In this document: positions 53,183-62,528 of the stretch, one piece after another
How the letters are laid out: each line of letters starts with the position of its first letter
How positions within the stretch are numbered: the stretch's first letter is position 1
NCBI GenBank assembly: GCA_050916045.1
Contig: CP051526.1
Coordinates: 2,528,001 to 2,592,000 of the forward strand
DNA length: 64,000 bases
Reading direction: 5' to 3'
Origin: Tepidisphaera sp.
GTDB lineage: Bacteria; Planctomycetota; Phycisphaerae; Phycisphaerales; UBA1924
Translations under genes and position numbers: made by a program
Notes under the pieces: model-generated
What the model saw: the letters and a program-made list of their open reading frames with translations, nothing else
Database searches by the model: none
What the model was told of the DNA's origin: nothing

Positions 53183-55045
53183 CTACCACTCCGGGCCGCC
53201 CGTGTACCGCCCGTAGATGTCCGCCATCGCCTGCACCATCTCGCCGAGGGTGCAGTTCGCGAGGGCGCCGTCGATCAGGGCCGGCATGACGTTGGTCGCG
53301 TGGAGGATGTGCTTCTCGGCCAGAGCGGCGATCTCGGGAGCCTGGTACGCGACCGGCTTGCCCTGGCAGACGGCTCGGATCGTGTCGAGAGCCTTCGCGA
53401 CCTTCGCCGGGTCGCGCCGCTTCTTGAAATCGGCCAAGCGGGCGTTCTGCGTCTCTTCGACCTCGGCACCGATCTGCAGGATGTCGATGGGCCGCTTCTC
53501 GTCGTTGTCGATGTACGCGTTGACGCCGACCGTGATGCGGTCGCCGGCTTCACACTCTTCCGAGAACCGGTACGAAGCCTCCGCGATCGCCCGGCGGAAA
53601 TACCCGCGGTTGATGCCGTTGACGACGGACTTTCCGAAGGTGAGACGCTTCTGGTACGCGGGGTGCTGCGTGAGGTCGGCAGGTTTCTCGATTTCCCCCT
53701 CGCTCGCGCTTCGGGCTTTGAAGGACCAGTCCCCGTACTCGCCCATCATGTCGATCTCGTGCAGGATGTTCAGAGCTTCACGCTCCATCGTGTCGGTCAT
53801 CTGCTCGATGAACCATGACCCGCCGAGCGGGTCCGTCACGCGCGTCACGCCCGTCTCGTGCGCCAGGATCTGCTGCGTCCGCAGCGCGACCGTCACCGCC
53901 TGCTCCGTCGGCAAGCCAAGCGTCTCGTCCATGCTGTCGGTGTGGAGCGACTGGCACCCGCCGAGCACCGCCGCCATGGCTTGGTACGCGACGCGGACGA
54001 TGTTGTTGAGGGGCTGCTGCTCCGTCAGCGAGCATCCCGCGGTCTGCACGTGGGTCTTCATGTACCACGAGCGCTCGTTGCTCGCGGCGTACCGGTACCG
54101 CATCACGCGGGCCCAGATCCGTCGGGCGGCACGAAGCTTGCAGATCTCCTCGAAGAACTCGTTGTGGCTGTTGAAGAAGAACGAAAGCCGCGGGGCAAAG
54201 CTGTTGATGTCCATCCCGCGATCAAGACACGCTTCGACGTACTCCATCCCGTCTCGAAGCGTGAACGCGAGTTCCTGCGGCGCGGTCGAGCCGGCTTCGC
54301 GGATGTGGTAGCCGGAGATCGAGACCGAGTTCCACTTGGGCACGAACTTGGACTGGAACTCGATCGTGTCGACGACCAGCTTCACCGACGGCTCAGGCGG
54401 ATAGATGAATTCGTTCTGGCTATGGAACTCCTTGAGGATGTCGTTCTGAAGCGTGCCGCCGAGCGTGTCCCACGAGATCCCTCGCTGCAACGCGTGGGCC
54501 AGGTACATCGCCCAGATCACCGCCGCCGGCCCGTTGATCGTCTGCGACACCGTCACCGATCCGATCGGGATGTCCGCGTAGAGGCGGTGCATGTCCTCGA
54601 TCGTCGAGATCGCGACGCCGCACTTGCCCACCTCGCCGATGCACAGATCATCGTCCGAGTCGCGGCCCATCAGCGTCGGCAGGTCGAACGCCGTCGAAAG
54701 CCCCGTGTTCGCCGCGGTCGAGCTCTTGGCTTGCGACAGGAGGTACTTGAACCGCTGGTTCGTGTCGTCCGCCGAGCCGAACCCCGCGAACTGCCGCATC
54801 GTCCAAAGACGCGTGCGGTACCCCTGAGGAAACAACCCGCGGGTGAACGGGAACTGCCCCGGCTGCCCGCCCTTGCCCAGGTCGCGATCGATCGTCTCGA
54901 CGGACTTCAAGCTCTCCACCACGGGGGCGTTGGGCGAGTACGTCGTGTCCAGAACCAGCCCGGAGATCGTCACCGCGTGCGGGTCGACCTTGGCGGGAGC
55001 GGTCGGCGTGAGCGGGCGGCTTGACGAGTGCGGTGCGGTGGTCAT
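53183..55045 (-). CDS. B12-dependent acyl-CoA mutase large subunit (isobutyryl-CoA mutase-like)
   Basis: PFTRG, WTMRQFAGFG, AFDLPT, QNDILKE, SISGYHIREAG and DPLGGS motifs. It has no B12-binding domain. Confidence 0.9.
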   Translation of the reverse strand: MTTAPHSSSRPLTPTAPAKVDPHAVTISGLVLDTTYSPNAPVVESLKSVETIDRDLGKGGQPGQFPFTRGLFPQGYRTRLWTMRQFAGFGSADDTNQRFKYLLSQAKSSTAANTGLSTAFDLPTLMGRDSDDDLCIGEVGKCGVAISTIEDMHRLYADIPIGSVTVSQTINGPAAVIWAMYLAHALQRGISWDTLGGTLQNDILKEFHSQNEFIYPPEPSVKLVVDTIEFQSKFVPKWNSVSISGYHIREAGSTAPQELAFTLRDGMEYVEACLDRGMDINSFAPRLSFFFNSHNEFFEEICKLRAARRIWARVMRYRYAASNERSWYMKTHVQTAGCSLTEQQPLNNIVRVAYQAMAAVLGGCQSLHTDSMDETLGLPTEQAVTVALRTQQILAHETGVTRVTDPLGGSWFIEQMTDTMEREALNILHEIDMMGEYGDWSFKARSASEGEIEKPADLTQHPAYQKRLTFGKSVVNGINRGYFRRAIAEASYRFSEECEAGDRITVGVNAYIDNDEKRPIDILQIGAEVEETQNARLADFKKRRDPAKVAKALDTIRAVCQGKPVAYQAPEIAALAEKHILHATNVMPALIDGALANCTLGEMVQAMADIYGRYTGGPEW

Positions 55046-55168
55046 GGTGCGTCCTTGGAACGGGGAACAGACTCCCTCGTCCCATTTTATCGTCTCCGAC
55101 GACCTCGCGGATGCCCCCGGCCGAAACCCGTCCCGGACCGACTCCACACCCAGCAAGAGACAGCAAAG

Positions 55169-56767
55169 CTACTTCGGTGCCGGCTCGAGCGGGACCGTGG
55201 TCGATTCTCCCGCTTCGGGAGCGGGCTCGGGCGGGGCTGGGGGTGCCGGCTTCTCTGCCGGCTCGTTGAAGACCAGGTCAAACCCCGCGAACTTGGTCCG
55301 CCAAGCGGCGATCGAGCCCTCCTTCGGATGTGCCAGCCCGTCGTTGTCCACCCCATCCACACCGATCCAGTAAAGCAGGTACCCGCGGCCGTCCGGATCG
55401 GACCCCTCGGGCAACAACTTGTACCGAAGCTCCTTGATCCACCGCTCCTCGACGCCCAGCGAAGCCAACCCGGGCTCGAGTTCGGCGAGACTCTTCGGAT
55501 ATGACCCCTTGGCTCCCTTATGGATCTCAAGAGCAAGCAGGATCTTCGTCCCCTGCGCGGTCAGGTGAGCCTGCTCGGACATGCTGATGTACCGGCCGAG
55601 CGCGGGCATCAGGATCCGCGGGAGGATGTGCCGCTTGGAGATCTTGTCCACCTCGTCATCCGGCGCTGCGGACGCCAGCCGCTCGCGGAGCGTGAGCTTC
55701 GCGTACGCGCTCGCTTTGCCGAAGAGATCCTCGAAGATCGCGAGCGTCTCCTTCTTGGTGGGCAGGATGACCGAAGCGAAGTTCGTGAGCGCCGGCGGGA
55801 GATTCGGGCCAGCGCCCCCCGGGCCGGCCATCTGCTGGATCGCGCCCGCTCCGATGAACCTCCCGTTGCCATTCCCATCGTCCGAGTGCGTCCACTCCAC
55901 CGTGTCCTTCGCGCTCAGGTGCTCCACGTGCAGGCCGCGCACGGGGTCAAACGTTGTCGCCCGCTTGTTGAGCTCCGCGAGCAGGGCCGCGCACGTCTCG
56001 GGCGAAAGCTGCTTCTTCACGATCGCTTCGCGGATGCAGTTGGCCACCAGCGCGTCGATCGCAACGCCCACGAGGTGATCGATGAGGGTCGCTTGCTTCT
56101 TGGCGATCTCGCCCAAAGCCCACGCGTGCCGCGCGGACCGGATGAACTCCTTCGAATCCCCGGCTTCGGCCGCGAGGAACATCCGGGCTTTGCAAAGACG
56201 GGCGATCCCCCGCATCCCGCCAAGCTCGGGGAGCAGAACCTCGAGGACCCTCTGATCGCCCGGGATCACGCGGATGAACCGTTCGCCCTCCACGATCTTG
56301 TCGAGCTTGTCAAGGATCCCTGAATCCTCGTGCTCCTTGATGATGGCGAGGATCTCCGCGTGGACCTCCGGCGTCGCCTGCTTGGTGATGTTCGGATTGG
56401 CGATCTGCTCCGGCGAAAGCGGCCATCCAATGTTGGGGACTTCGTAGTCGGCGGGCAGCCCCGCGGGTCTGGGCCGATCCACGAGCTTGCGGCTGAGATC
56501 AGAGGTCATCTGCGCCGCTTGGCTGACCTCATCCCAGAGATTGGGCTTGCCCGCGGTCGTGGCCTGAGCGTCGGCGACGAACGTGTTGATCTCATCGGTG
56601 AACCTGCCCGGCTTGCCGGGGGTCAGCGTCGCGATGGTGTAAGCCCACACGCCCACTCCCGCGATCAACGCGAAGAGGATCGCGAGGATGACATTGCGGG
56701 GCCGCAGGAGCGGCTTGCCCGTCGAAGGCGGGAACGGGTCCTGCGTGATGATCGGTTTGCTGGCCAT
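55169..56767 (-). CDS. Membrane-anchored helical hypothetical protein with a GspG-like C-terminal segment
   Basis: N-terminal TM helix, LPELGGMRGIAR / LIDHLVG and LALEIHKGAKGSYPKSLAEL...YWIGVDGVDN. Confidence 0.75.
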   Translation of the reverse strand: MASKPIITQDPFPPSTGKPLLRPRNVILAILFALIAGVGVWAYTIATLTPGKPGRFTDEINTFVADAQATTAGKPNLWDEVSQAAQMTSDLSRKLVDRPRPAGLPADYEVPNIGWPLSPEQIANPNITKQATPEVHAEILAIIKEHEDSGILDKLDKIVEGERFIRVIPGDQRVLEVLLPELGGMRGIARLCKARMFLAAEAGDSKEFIRSARHAWALGEIAKKQATLIDHLVGVAIDALVANCIREAIVKKQLSPETCAALLAELNKRATTFDPVRGLHVEHLSAKDTVEWTHSDDGNGNGRFIGAGAIQQMAGPGGAGPNLPPALTNFASVILPTKKETLAIFEDLFGKASAYAKLTLRERLASAAPDDEVDKISKRHILPRILMPALGRYISMSEQAHLTAQGTKILLALEIHKGAKGSYPKSLAELEPGLASLGVEERWIKELRYKLLPEGSDPDGRGYLLYWIGVDGVDNDGLAHPKEGSIAAWRTKFAGFDLVFNEPAEKPAPPAPPEPAPEAGESTTVPLEPAPK

Positions 56768-56861
56768 GCCCGGATCGTACTGCGGGTCGGCCGGGCGGTT
56801 GCGTCGCGGCTTTCGGGCCCTTGGCCGGGGGGCGGGGCCTGTCCGGGTCCTACGCTCGGGC

Positions 56862-58286
56862 ATGCCGACCGACTTCATCCACGAAATGACATGGCGCGGC
56901 CTCGTCCACCAGACGACCGGCCTTGATGAGCTCCGCGCCCACCTCAGCTCCGCACCCCGAAAGGCCTACGTCGGATTCGATCCGACAGCACCAAGCCTCA
57001 CGATCGGCAATCTGGTCGGGATCGTCACGCTGGTCCGCTTCGCCCTCGCGGGGCACGCTCCGGTGATCGTGGTGGGCGGAGCGACCGGCCTGATCGGCGA
57101 CCCCTCCGGCAAGTCCGCCGAACGCACGCTCAACACCCCCGACACCGTCGCGGCCAACGTGCAGGGTCAGACCCGCATCTACCACAACGTCTGGAAGCAC
57201 GCGGCGATGCTGACGGGCAAGCCCCTCGGCGAGCCCCCGATCCGCAACAACTATGACTGGTTCAAGTCCATCTCCTTCCTCGACGCCCTCCGCGACATCG
57301 GCAAGCATTTCTCCGTCAACATGATGATCCAGAAGGAGTCCGTCAAGGAACGCCTCACCAACCGCGACCAGGGCATCAGCTACACCGAATTCAGCTACAT
57401 GCTCCTCCAGGCGTACGACTTCAAGCACCTCTGGGAGCACGAGGGCGTCACGTTCCAGATGGGCGGCTCGGACCAGTTCGGCAACATCGTCTGCGGCGTG
57501 GATCTCATCCGTCGCCGCTCCAACGACGTCGTCCAGTCCGTCGACGCGTACAAAGCCGTCACAGAGTCTCCCACCGCGACATCGATCGAACGCGAGGAAG
57601 CAAGCCGGCTCCTCGCCGAACTCGTCGAGTGGTCGGACAACCACCCGCAGATCGGTACCAGCTTCGGCCTCACCTGGCCCCTGGTCACCAAAGCCGACGG
57701 CGGCAAGTTCGGCAAGACCGAGACGGGAGCCATCTGGCTCACCGCCGACCGCACCAGCCCGTACGCCTTCTACCAGTTCTGGCTGAACGCCGCCGACGCC
57801 GACATCGTCAAGTTTCTCAAAACCTTCACGCTCCTCGACAAGGATGAGGTCGACCGCCTCGAAGCCGCCCACAACGCCAACCCCGGCGCCCGCGAAGCCC
57901 ACCGCGCCCTCGCCCGCCACATGACCACCCTCCTCCACGGCGCCGAGCAGACCGAACTCGCCGAGAAAGCCGCCAAAGCACTCTTCTCCGGCGAGATCGC
58001 CGATCTCCCCCTCGCCACCCTCGAGGAAGCCCTCGCCAGCGCCCCAAGCAGCACCCAGCCCGCCGACACCCTCGCCGCGGGAATCCCCCTCGTTGACTTC
58101 CTCGTCACCGTCGGCTTGGCTGCTTCCAAACGAGAATCTCGCGAGTTCCTCGCGAACGGCTCCGTCAGCGTCAATGGCACCAAAGCCGCTCCCGACGACC
58201 GGATCACCGAGCAATCCCTTCTCCACGGCTCGCTGACGGCCATCCGGCGCGGCAAGAAGAACTGGCACGTGGCGCGGTGGCGATAA
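56862..58286 (+). CDS. tyrS: Tyrosine--tRNA ligase
   Basis: YVGFDPTA, GGATGLIGDPSG, YMLLQAYD, QMGGSDQ and KFGKT motifs, plus an S4 domain. Confidence 0.97.
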   Translation: MPTDFIHEMTWRGLVHQTTGLDELRAHLSSAPRKAYVGFDPTAPSLTIGNLVGIVTLVRFALAGHAPVIVVGGATGLIGDPSGKSAERTLNTPDTVAANVQGQTRIYHNVWKHAAMLTGKPLGEPPIRNNYDWFKSISFLDALRDIGKHFSVNMMIQKESVKERLTNRDQGISYTEFSYMLLQAYDFKHLWEHEGVTFQMGGSDQFGNIVCGVDLIRRRSNDVVQSVDAYKAVTESPTATSIEREEASRLLAELVEWSDNHPQIGTSFGLTWPLVTKADGGKFGKTETGAIWLTADRTSPYAFYQFWLNAADADIVKFLKTFTLLDKDEVDRLEAAHNANPGAREAHRALARHMTTLLHGAEQTELAEKAAKALFSGEIADLPLATLEEALASAPSSTQPADTLAAGIPLVDFLVTVGLAASKRESREFLANGSVSVNGTKAAPDDRITEQSLLHGSLTAIRRGKKNWHVARWR

Positions 58287-58341
58287 CTCAAAGTCGCCGA
58301 TTCTTCTTGAACTCCCCACCTCTGGCGGATATTTTGCCCGC

Positions 58342-59871
58342 ATGGGGTTTCGTTCCCGGCCCGGCCATGCCGCTCGCCTACTCATTCCGCTGACCACCGC
58401 ACTCTGCGGTTTGGGCGGGGGGTCTCTCGCCGACATCCCGCGGTTTGACCAGGTGCCCGAGGTCTTCACGCAGTCCCCCTCCGTCTTCCGCAAGCTCTTC
58501 CGCGACGCGACCACGACCGGCACGCACGCGGTCATGATCGGCGACTCGCAGGAGACCTGCCCCGGCGGCTTCGGCCAGGAGTACGTCCCGCGGTTCAACT
58601 GGGAGCTTTGGAACCGCTACGGCAACGCACCGTCGACCCCGTGGGCGTCGATGCGGACAAGCTACGGCGACCAGCGCCAATGGGGCCAGTGGCTCCTGCG
58701 GGCAGGTTCGGCGCCGCCCAACATGACTGAGTCGCGTGTGAACCCGGAACGCCTCCCTCCGAGCTTCCAGGGCGGAAAGACCTCCACCCGCGGCGGGGTG
58801 AACATCAACAACAACCAGCAGTTCGGACAGCTGCTGATGCTCCAGCACAACTGCGCGAGCGTCTCCCCCGGCACCGGCATCGACCGCAACCTGACCTACT
58901 TCCCCGCGGGCTCGACGTGCGACCTCGAGGTGATCGGCGCGACCCATCCGTCCAGCGGCGAGGTCTTCGTCCGCATCACCTCCACCGCGACCCAAATCCC
59001 CAACTACTACGAGCCCATCCAGCGATTCCTCACGAGCTCCATGGGGCTCGAAAGCCCGGAGGAGGACTTCAAGTCGCAGCGTCTCGGCCCCTTCGTGGCT
59101 CCCGCCGGACGCTTCGTGCAAGCGGAGATCGCCGGTACCGATCCGACGAAGTTCACCGACGTGATCGCCGCGCGGTTCATCAACCGCGATTACACCTGGG
59201 GCTGGACCGTCACCTCGGTCTCCGAAGGCGGCTATACCTCCGCGACCCTCCTCAACCAGCACCAGGACTCCTTCCGCCTCATCAGCGAGATGCAGCCCGA
59301 CGTCGTGTTCATCTGCTACGGTGCCAACGACGTCACCGCCGGGTTCTCCCCCGACGACTACCGCTCCAACGTCAAGCGGCTGATCGCGCGGATCCGAGCG
59401 GCCTGCTCCAAGCCCATCCCTGTCATCCTGATGTCGGACCCGGCACGCGGCGGACGCCTGACCGATGCCGAGCGCGAGGTGATGGACCGCTACGCCGGCG
59501 CGAACTACGTCATCGCTCTCGAAGACCCCCTCGTCTGCGCTCTCAACTCCCGCCTGCTCACGCAGAACGAAGGCTGGAAGTACGAGAACCTTCACCTCTT
59601 CACGGATTACAGCATGGTCCACTATTCGCCCAACGGCGCTCGGACCAAAGCGCGCGTCGAGGTCGCCGCTCTGCTCCGGGAATTCACGGGCTGCTTCGCC
59701 GATTTCAACGCCGACGACATGATCGACCTTTTCGACTACATCGACTTCTACGCCTGCTTCGAACGACGCGACTGCCCGCCGGACACCACCGCCGACGTCA
59801 ACTTCGACGGGTTCGTCGACGTCTTCGACCTCATCGCGTTCCTCGAAGCCTTCGAGAGCAACTGCCGGTAA
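58342..59871 (+). CDS. Secreted SGNH/GDSL hydrolase with C-terminal dockerin-like domain
   Basis: IGDS, YGAND and VHYS motifs. Ends CFADFNADDMIDLFDY...ADVNFDGFVDVFD...FESNCR. Confidence 0.82.
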   Translation: MGFRSRPGHAARLLIPLTTALCGLGGGSLADIPRFDQVPEVFTQSPSVFRKLFRDATTTGTHAVMIGDSQETCPGGFGQEYVPRFNWELWNRYGNAPSTPWASMRTSYGDQRQWGQWLLRAGSAPPNMTESRVNPERLPPSFQGGKTSTRGGVNINNNQQFGQLLMLQHNCASVSPGTGIDRNLTYFPAGSTCDLEVIGATHPSSGEVFVRITSTATQIPNYYEPIQRFLTSSMGLESPEEDFKSQRLGPFVAPAGRFVQAEIAGTDPTKFTDVIAARFINRDYTWGWTVTSVSEGGYTSATLLNQHQDSFRLISEMQPDVVFICYGANDVTAGFSPDDYRSNVKRLIARIRAACSKPIPVILMSDPARGGRLTDAEREVMDRYAGANYVIALEDPLVCALNSRLLTQNEGWKYENLHLFTDYSMVHYSPNGARTKARVEVAALLREFTGCFADFNADDMIDLFDYIDFYACFERRDCPPDTTADVNFDGFVDVFDLIAFLEAFESNCR

Positions 59872-59893
59872 CGAGCCCGGCGTACCGTCGGTC

Positions 59894-61030
59894 ATGCCGC
59901 CGCGCATCCTCATCCTCACCGCCGCCGTCGGAGCCGGACACGTCCGCGCCGCCGAAGCCGTCGAGCTCGCGCTCCGCGCCCGCGATCCATCCGCACACAT
60001 CGAACGCCACGACGTCATGGCGCTCACCAACGCCGTCTTCCGACGCGTCTACGGCAAAGCCTACCTCGACCTCGTCAGCCGCGCACCCCACCTCGTCGGC
60101 ATGATGTACGACCTCTCCGACTCGCCGCAAGCCACGCGCGGCGTCCAGCACAAACTCCGCCACCTCGTCCAGCAGCGAAACCTCGCCCGCGTCGTCGCCA
60201 AAATCGACGAAGGCTGGGACATCGTCGTCCACACCCACTTCCTCGCCCCAGACCTCATGGCCTCCATGGCTCGCAAACGCCGCAAGCCCGCCGGACCGCC
60301 GATGGTCACCGTCGTCACCGACTTCGAAGCTCACGGCTTCTGGGTCAACCCGCCGTGCGCACGGTACTTCGTCGCCACCGCCGAAGCCGCTCTCGCCCTC
60401 TCGGCCTGGGGCGTCCCCGCCGACACCATCCAGGAAACCGGCATCCCCATCCACCCCGTCTTCTCCTCGCCCCTCTCCGCACAGGACGCACGGACCGCGC
60501 AGAAGCTCGACCCGGGCACCCCCGTCATCCTCCTCCTCAGCGGAGGCTTCGGCCTGGGCCCCGTCGAGAAAATCTACGCCGCCCTCGCCGCGATCGAACG
60601 CCCCATCCAGCTCATCGCCGTCTGCGGAAAGAACGACAAGCTCAAAGCCAAGCTCGAAGCCATCAAGCCCCCGCCCCGACACCGCACCACCATCCTCGGC
60701 TTCACCACCGAGATGGACCGCTGGCTCGCCGCCGCCGACCTCGTCGTCACCAAGCCCGGCGGCCTCACCACCAGCGAGTGTCTCGCACGCGGTGCCGCCA
60801 TGGTCATCATGAACCCCATCCCGGGGCAGGAAAGCCGCAACAGCGATTGGCTCCTCGAACGCGGTGCCGCCGTCAAGGTCAATTCCCTCGCCACGCTCGG
60901 ATGGAAAGTCAGCCGCCTTCTCGACGACCCCGCGCGACTCGCGGGTCTCAAGCAGACCGCCCGCTCCCTCGGCCGGCCGAACGCCGCCTTCGACATCGCC
61001 GACCGCGTGCTCGCGATGATCGCCCGCTGA
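59894..61030 (+). CDS. MGDG synthase/UgtP family glycosyltransferase
   Basis: GAGHVRAA, VVTDF, TGIPI, TKPGGLT and PIPGQE motifs. Confidence 0.9.
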   Translation: MPPRILILTAAVGAGHVRAAEAVELALRARDPSAHIERHDVMALTNAVFRRVYGKAYLDLVSRAPHLVGMMYDLSDSPQATRGVQHKLRHLVQQRNLARVVAKIDEGWDIVVHTHFLAPDLMASMARKRRKPAGPPMVTVVTDFEAHGFWVNPPCARYFVATAEAALALSAWGVPADTIQETGIPIHPVFSSPLSAQDARTAQKLDPGTPVILLLSGGFGLGPVEKIYAALAAIERPIQLIAVCGKNDKLKAKLEAIKPPPRHRTTILGFTTEMDRWLAAADLVVTKPGGLTTSECLARGAAMVIMNPIPGQESRNSDWLLERGAAVKVNSLATLGWKVSRLLDDPARLAGLKQTARSLGRPNAAFDIADRVLAMIAR

Positions 61031-61104
61031 ATCCGGTGCGATAACCGCCCGAGCCCCGTCCACCCGTCAATCTGGGCATGCTGTGCGGCCTCCCTCGCGG
61101 ACCG

Positions 61105-61300
61105 CGCCGACTCTCGGCTGGCATTTTCGCCCCCTTATGGCACCTTGAAAGCGTCGTCACCGGCTCAGCGAAGCCTGCGCCCTTCGCTCCCCTCCCGCGC
61201 CTCGGCGGCGAGTCATGCCGGAGAGAGAGACCCCCGCCCGAGGTGTGGCGGGGTGGTCACCGGCCCCGGGCGGGTTTCCGCACGCCCGGGGCTTTCTCTT
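61105..61300 (+). ncRNA. Candidate structured RNA upstream of gcvT, class unresolved
   Basis: Nested pairings CTCTC/GAGAG, TGGCAT/ATGCCG and TTCGCC/GGCGAG, a GACC...GGTC branch, and a final terminator hairpin. Confidence 0.55.
61263..61300 (+). terminator. Intrinsic terminator at the end of the candidate RNA
   Basis: GCCCCGGGCG-N10-CGCCCGGGGC followed by TTTCTCTT. Confidence 0.75.
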
Positions 61301-61373
61301 GCGCAAACCTCCACGCGGGGTGGGCCCCGGATCGCCCGGATACACTGCGGTCCCACCCCACAGGAGGTCCGCT

Positions 61374-62495
61374 TTGCTCCGCACCCCACTGCATTCGTTC
61401 CACCTCGATCGCAAAGGCCACATGGTCGAGTTCGCCGGCTGGGACATGCCCCTTTACTACTCCGGCATCACCGAAGAACACAAGCACTGCCGCACCTCCG
61501 GCGCCCTCTTCGACGTCTCCCACATGGGACGCGTCACCTTCAAGGGCCGCCACGCCAAAAAGCTCCTCGAAACCGTCTGCACCCGCCGCATCGGCGACAT
61601 GACCCCCGGTCAGTGCCGTTACAGCCTCGTCTGCAACGAGCAGGGCGGCGTCCACGACGACGTCATCGTCTACAAAAACGATGAAGACGACTTCCTCGTC
61701 GTCGTCAACGCCAGCAACCGCGCCAAGCTCCTCCCCCACTTCGAAGCCGTCCGCACCAAGCACGACTTCTCCGTCAAGATCGACGACCAGACCGAAGCCA
61801 CCGCCATGATCGCCCTCCAGGGCCCCAAGATCATGCCCCTGGTCGCCACCATCGCTTCCGAGATCGCCTCCCTCAAACGCTACCGCTTCGCCGTCAAGGA
61901 CTTCGTCATCGCTTCCGCCACCGTCAGCCGCACCGGCTACACCGGCGAGGACGGCGTCGAGATCATCCTCCCCGCCGGCATGGTCAGCATGGCTCTCTCC
62001 GCCCTCGGCAAGTACATGGACGCCTCCAACCCCGAAGCCGTCATCAAGCCCGCCGGACTCGGCTGCCGCGACACCCTCCGCATCGAAGCCGGCATGCCCC
62101 TCTACGGCCATGAGCTCGGCGAGGACATCAACGCCCTCTCCTGCGGCGTCGACTTCGCCATCGCCCTCGACAAGGACCAGACCGAAGGCGTCGAGTGCAT
62201 CGGCCTCCCCGCCCTCAAGAAAACCGCCGCTTCCGGCCCCGACCGCAAGCTCGTCGGCCTCGAGATCGACGGCCGTCGCGCCGCCCGCCAGGGCATGGCC
62301 GTCATGTCCAACGGCAGGAACGTCGGCACCGTCACCTCCGGCTGCCTGTCGCCGACCCTGAACAAGTCGATCGCGATGGCGTTCGTTGAGCGCGGCCTCG
62401 CAACCCCCGCCATGCCCCTCTCCGTCGACACCGGCAAGGGCGCGACGCTCGAAGGCAAGGTCGTCCCCCTCCCGTTCTACAAGATGCCCAAGTGA
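61374..62495 (+). CDS. gcvT: Glycine cleavage system aminomethyltransferase T
   Basis: AGGAGG RBS with TTG start. LRTPLH, FAGWDMP, FDVSHMG, SRTGYTGEDG and RDTLRIEAG motifs. Confidence 0.95.
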   Translation: MLRTPLHSFHLDRKGHMVEFAGWDMPLYYSGITEEHKHCRTSGALFDVSHMGRVTFKGRHAKKLLETVCTRRIGDMTPGQCRYSLVCNEQGGVHDDVIVYKNDEDDFLVVVNASNRAKLLPHFEAVRTKHDFSVKIDDQTEATAMIALQGPKIMPLVATIASEIASLKRYRFAVKDFVIASATVSRTGYTGEDGVEIILPAGMVSMALSALGKYMDASNPEAVIKPAGLGCRDTLRIEAGMPLYGHELGEDINALSCGVDFAIALDKDQTEGVECIGLPALKKTAASGPDRKLVGLEIDGRRAARQGMAVMSNGRNVGTVTSGCLSPTLNKSIAMAFVERGLATPAMPLSVDTGKGATLEGKVVPLPFYKMPK

Positions 62496-62528
62496 TCAGG
62501 ACACGCGCCGCACGACCGGAGTGAAGCC

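Noticed and set aside
61105..61300. Canonical glycine, SAM-I, lysine or cobalamin riboswitch
   Set aside because: The required conserved blocks are missing or out of order; kept only as an unclassified RNA.
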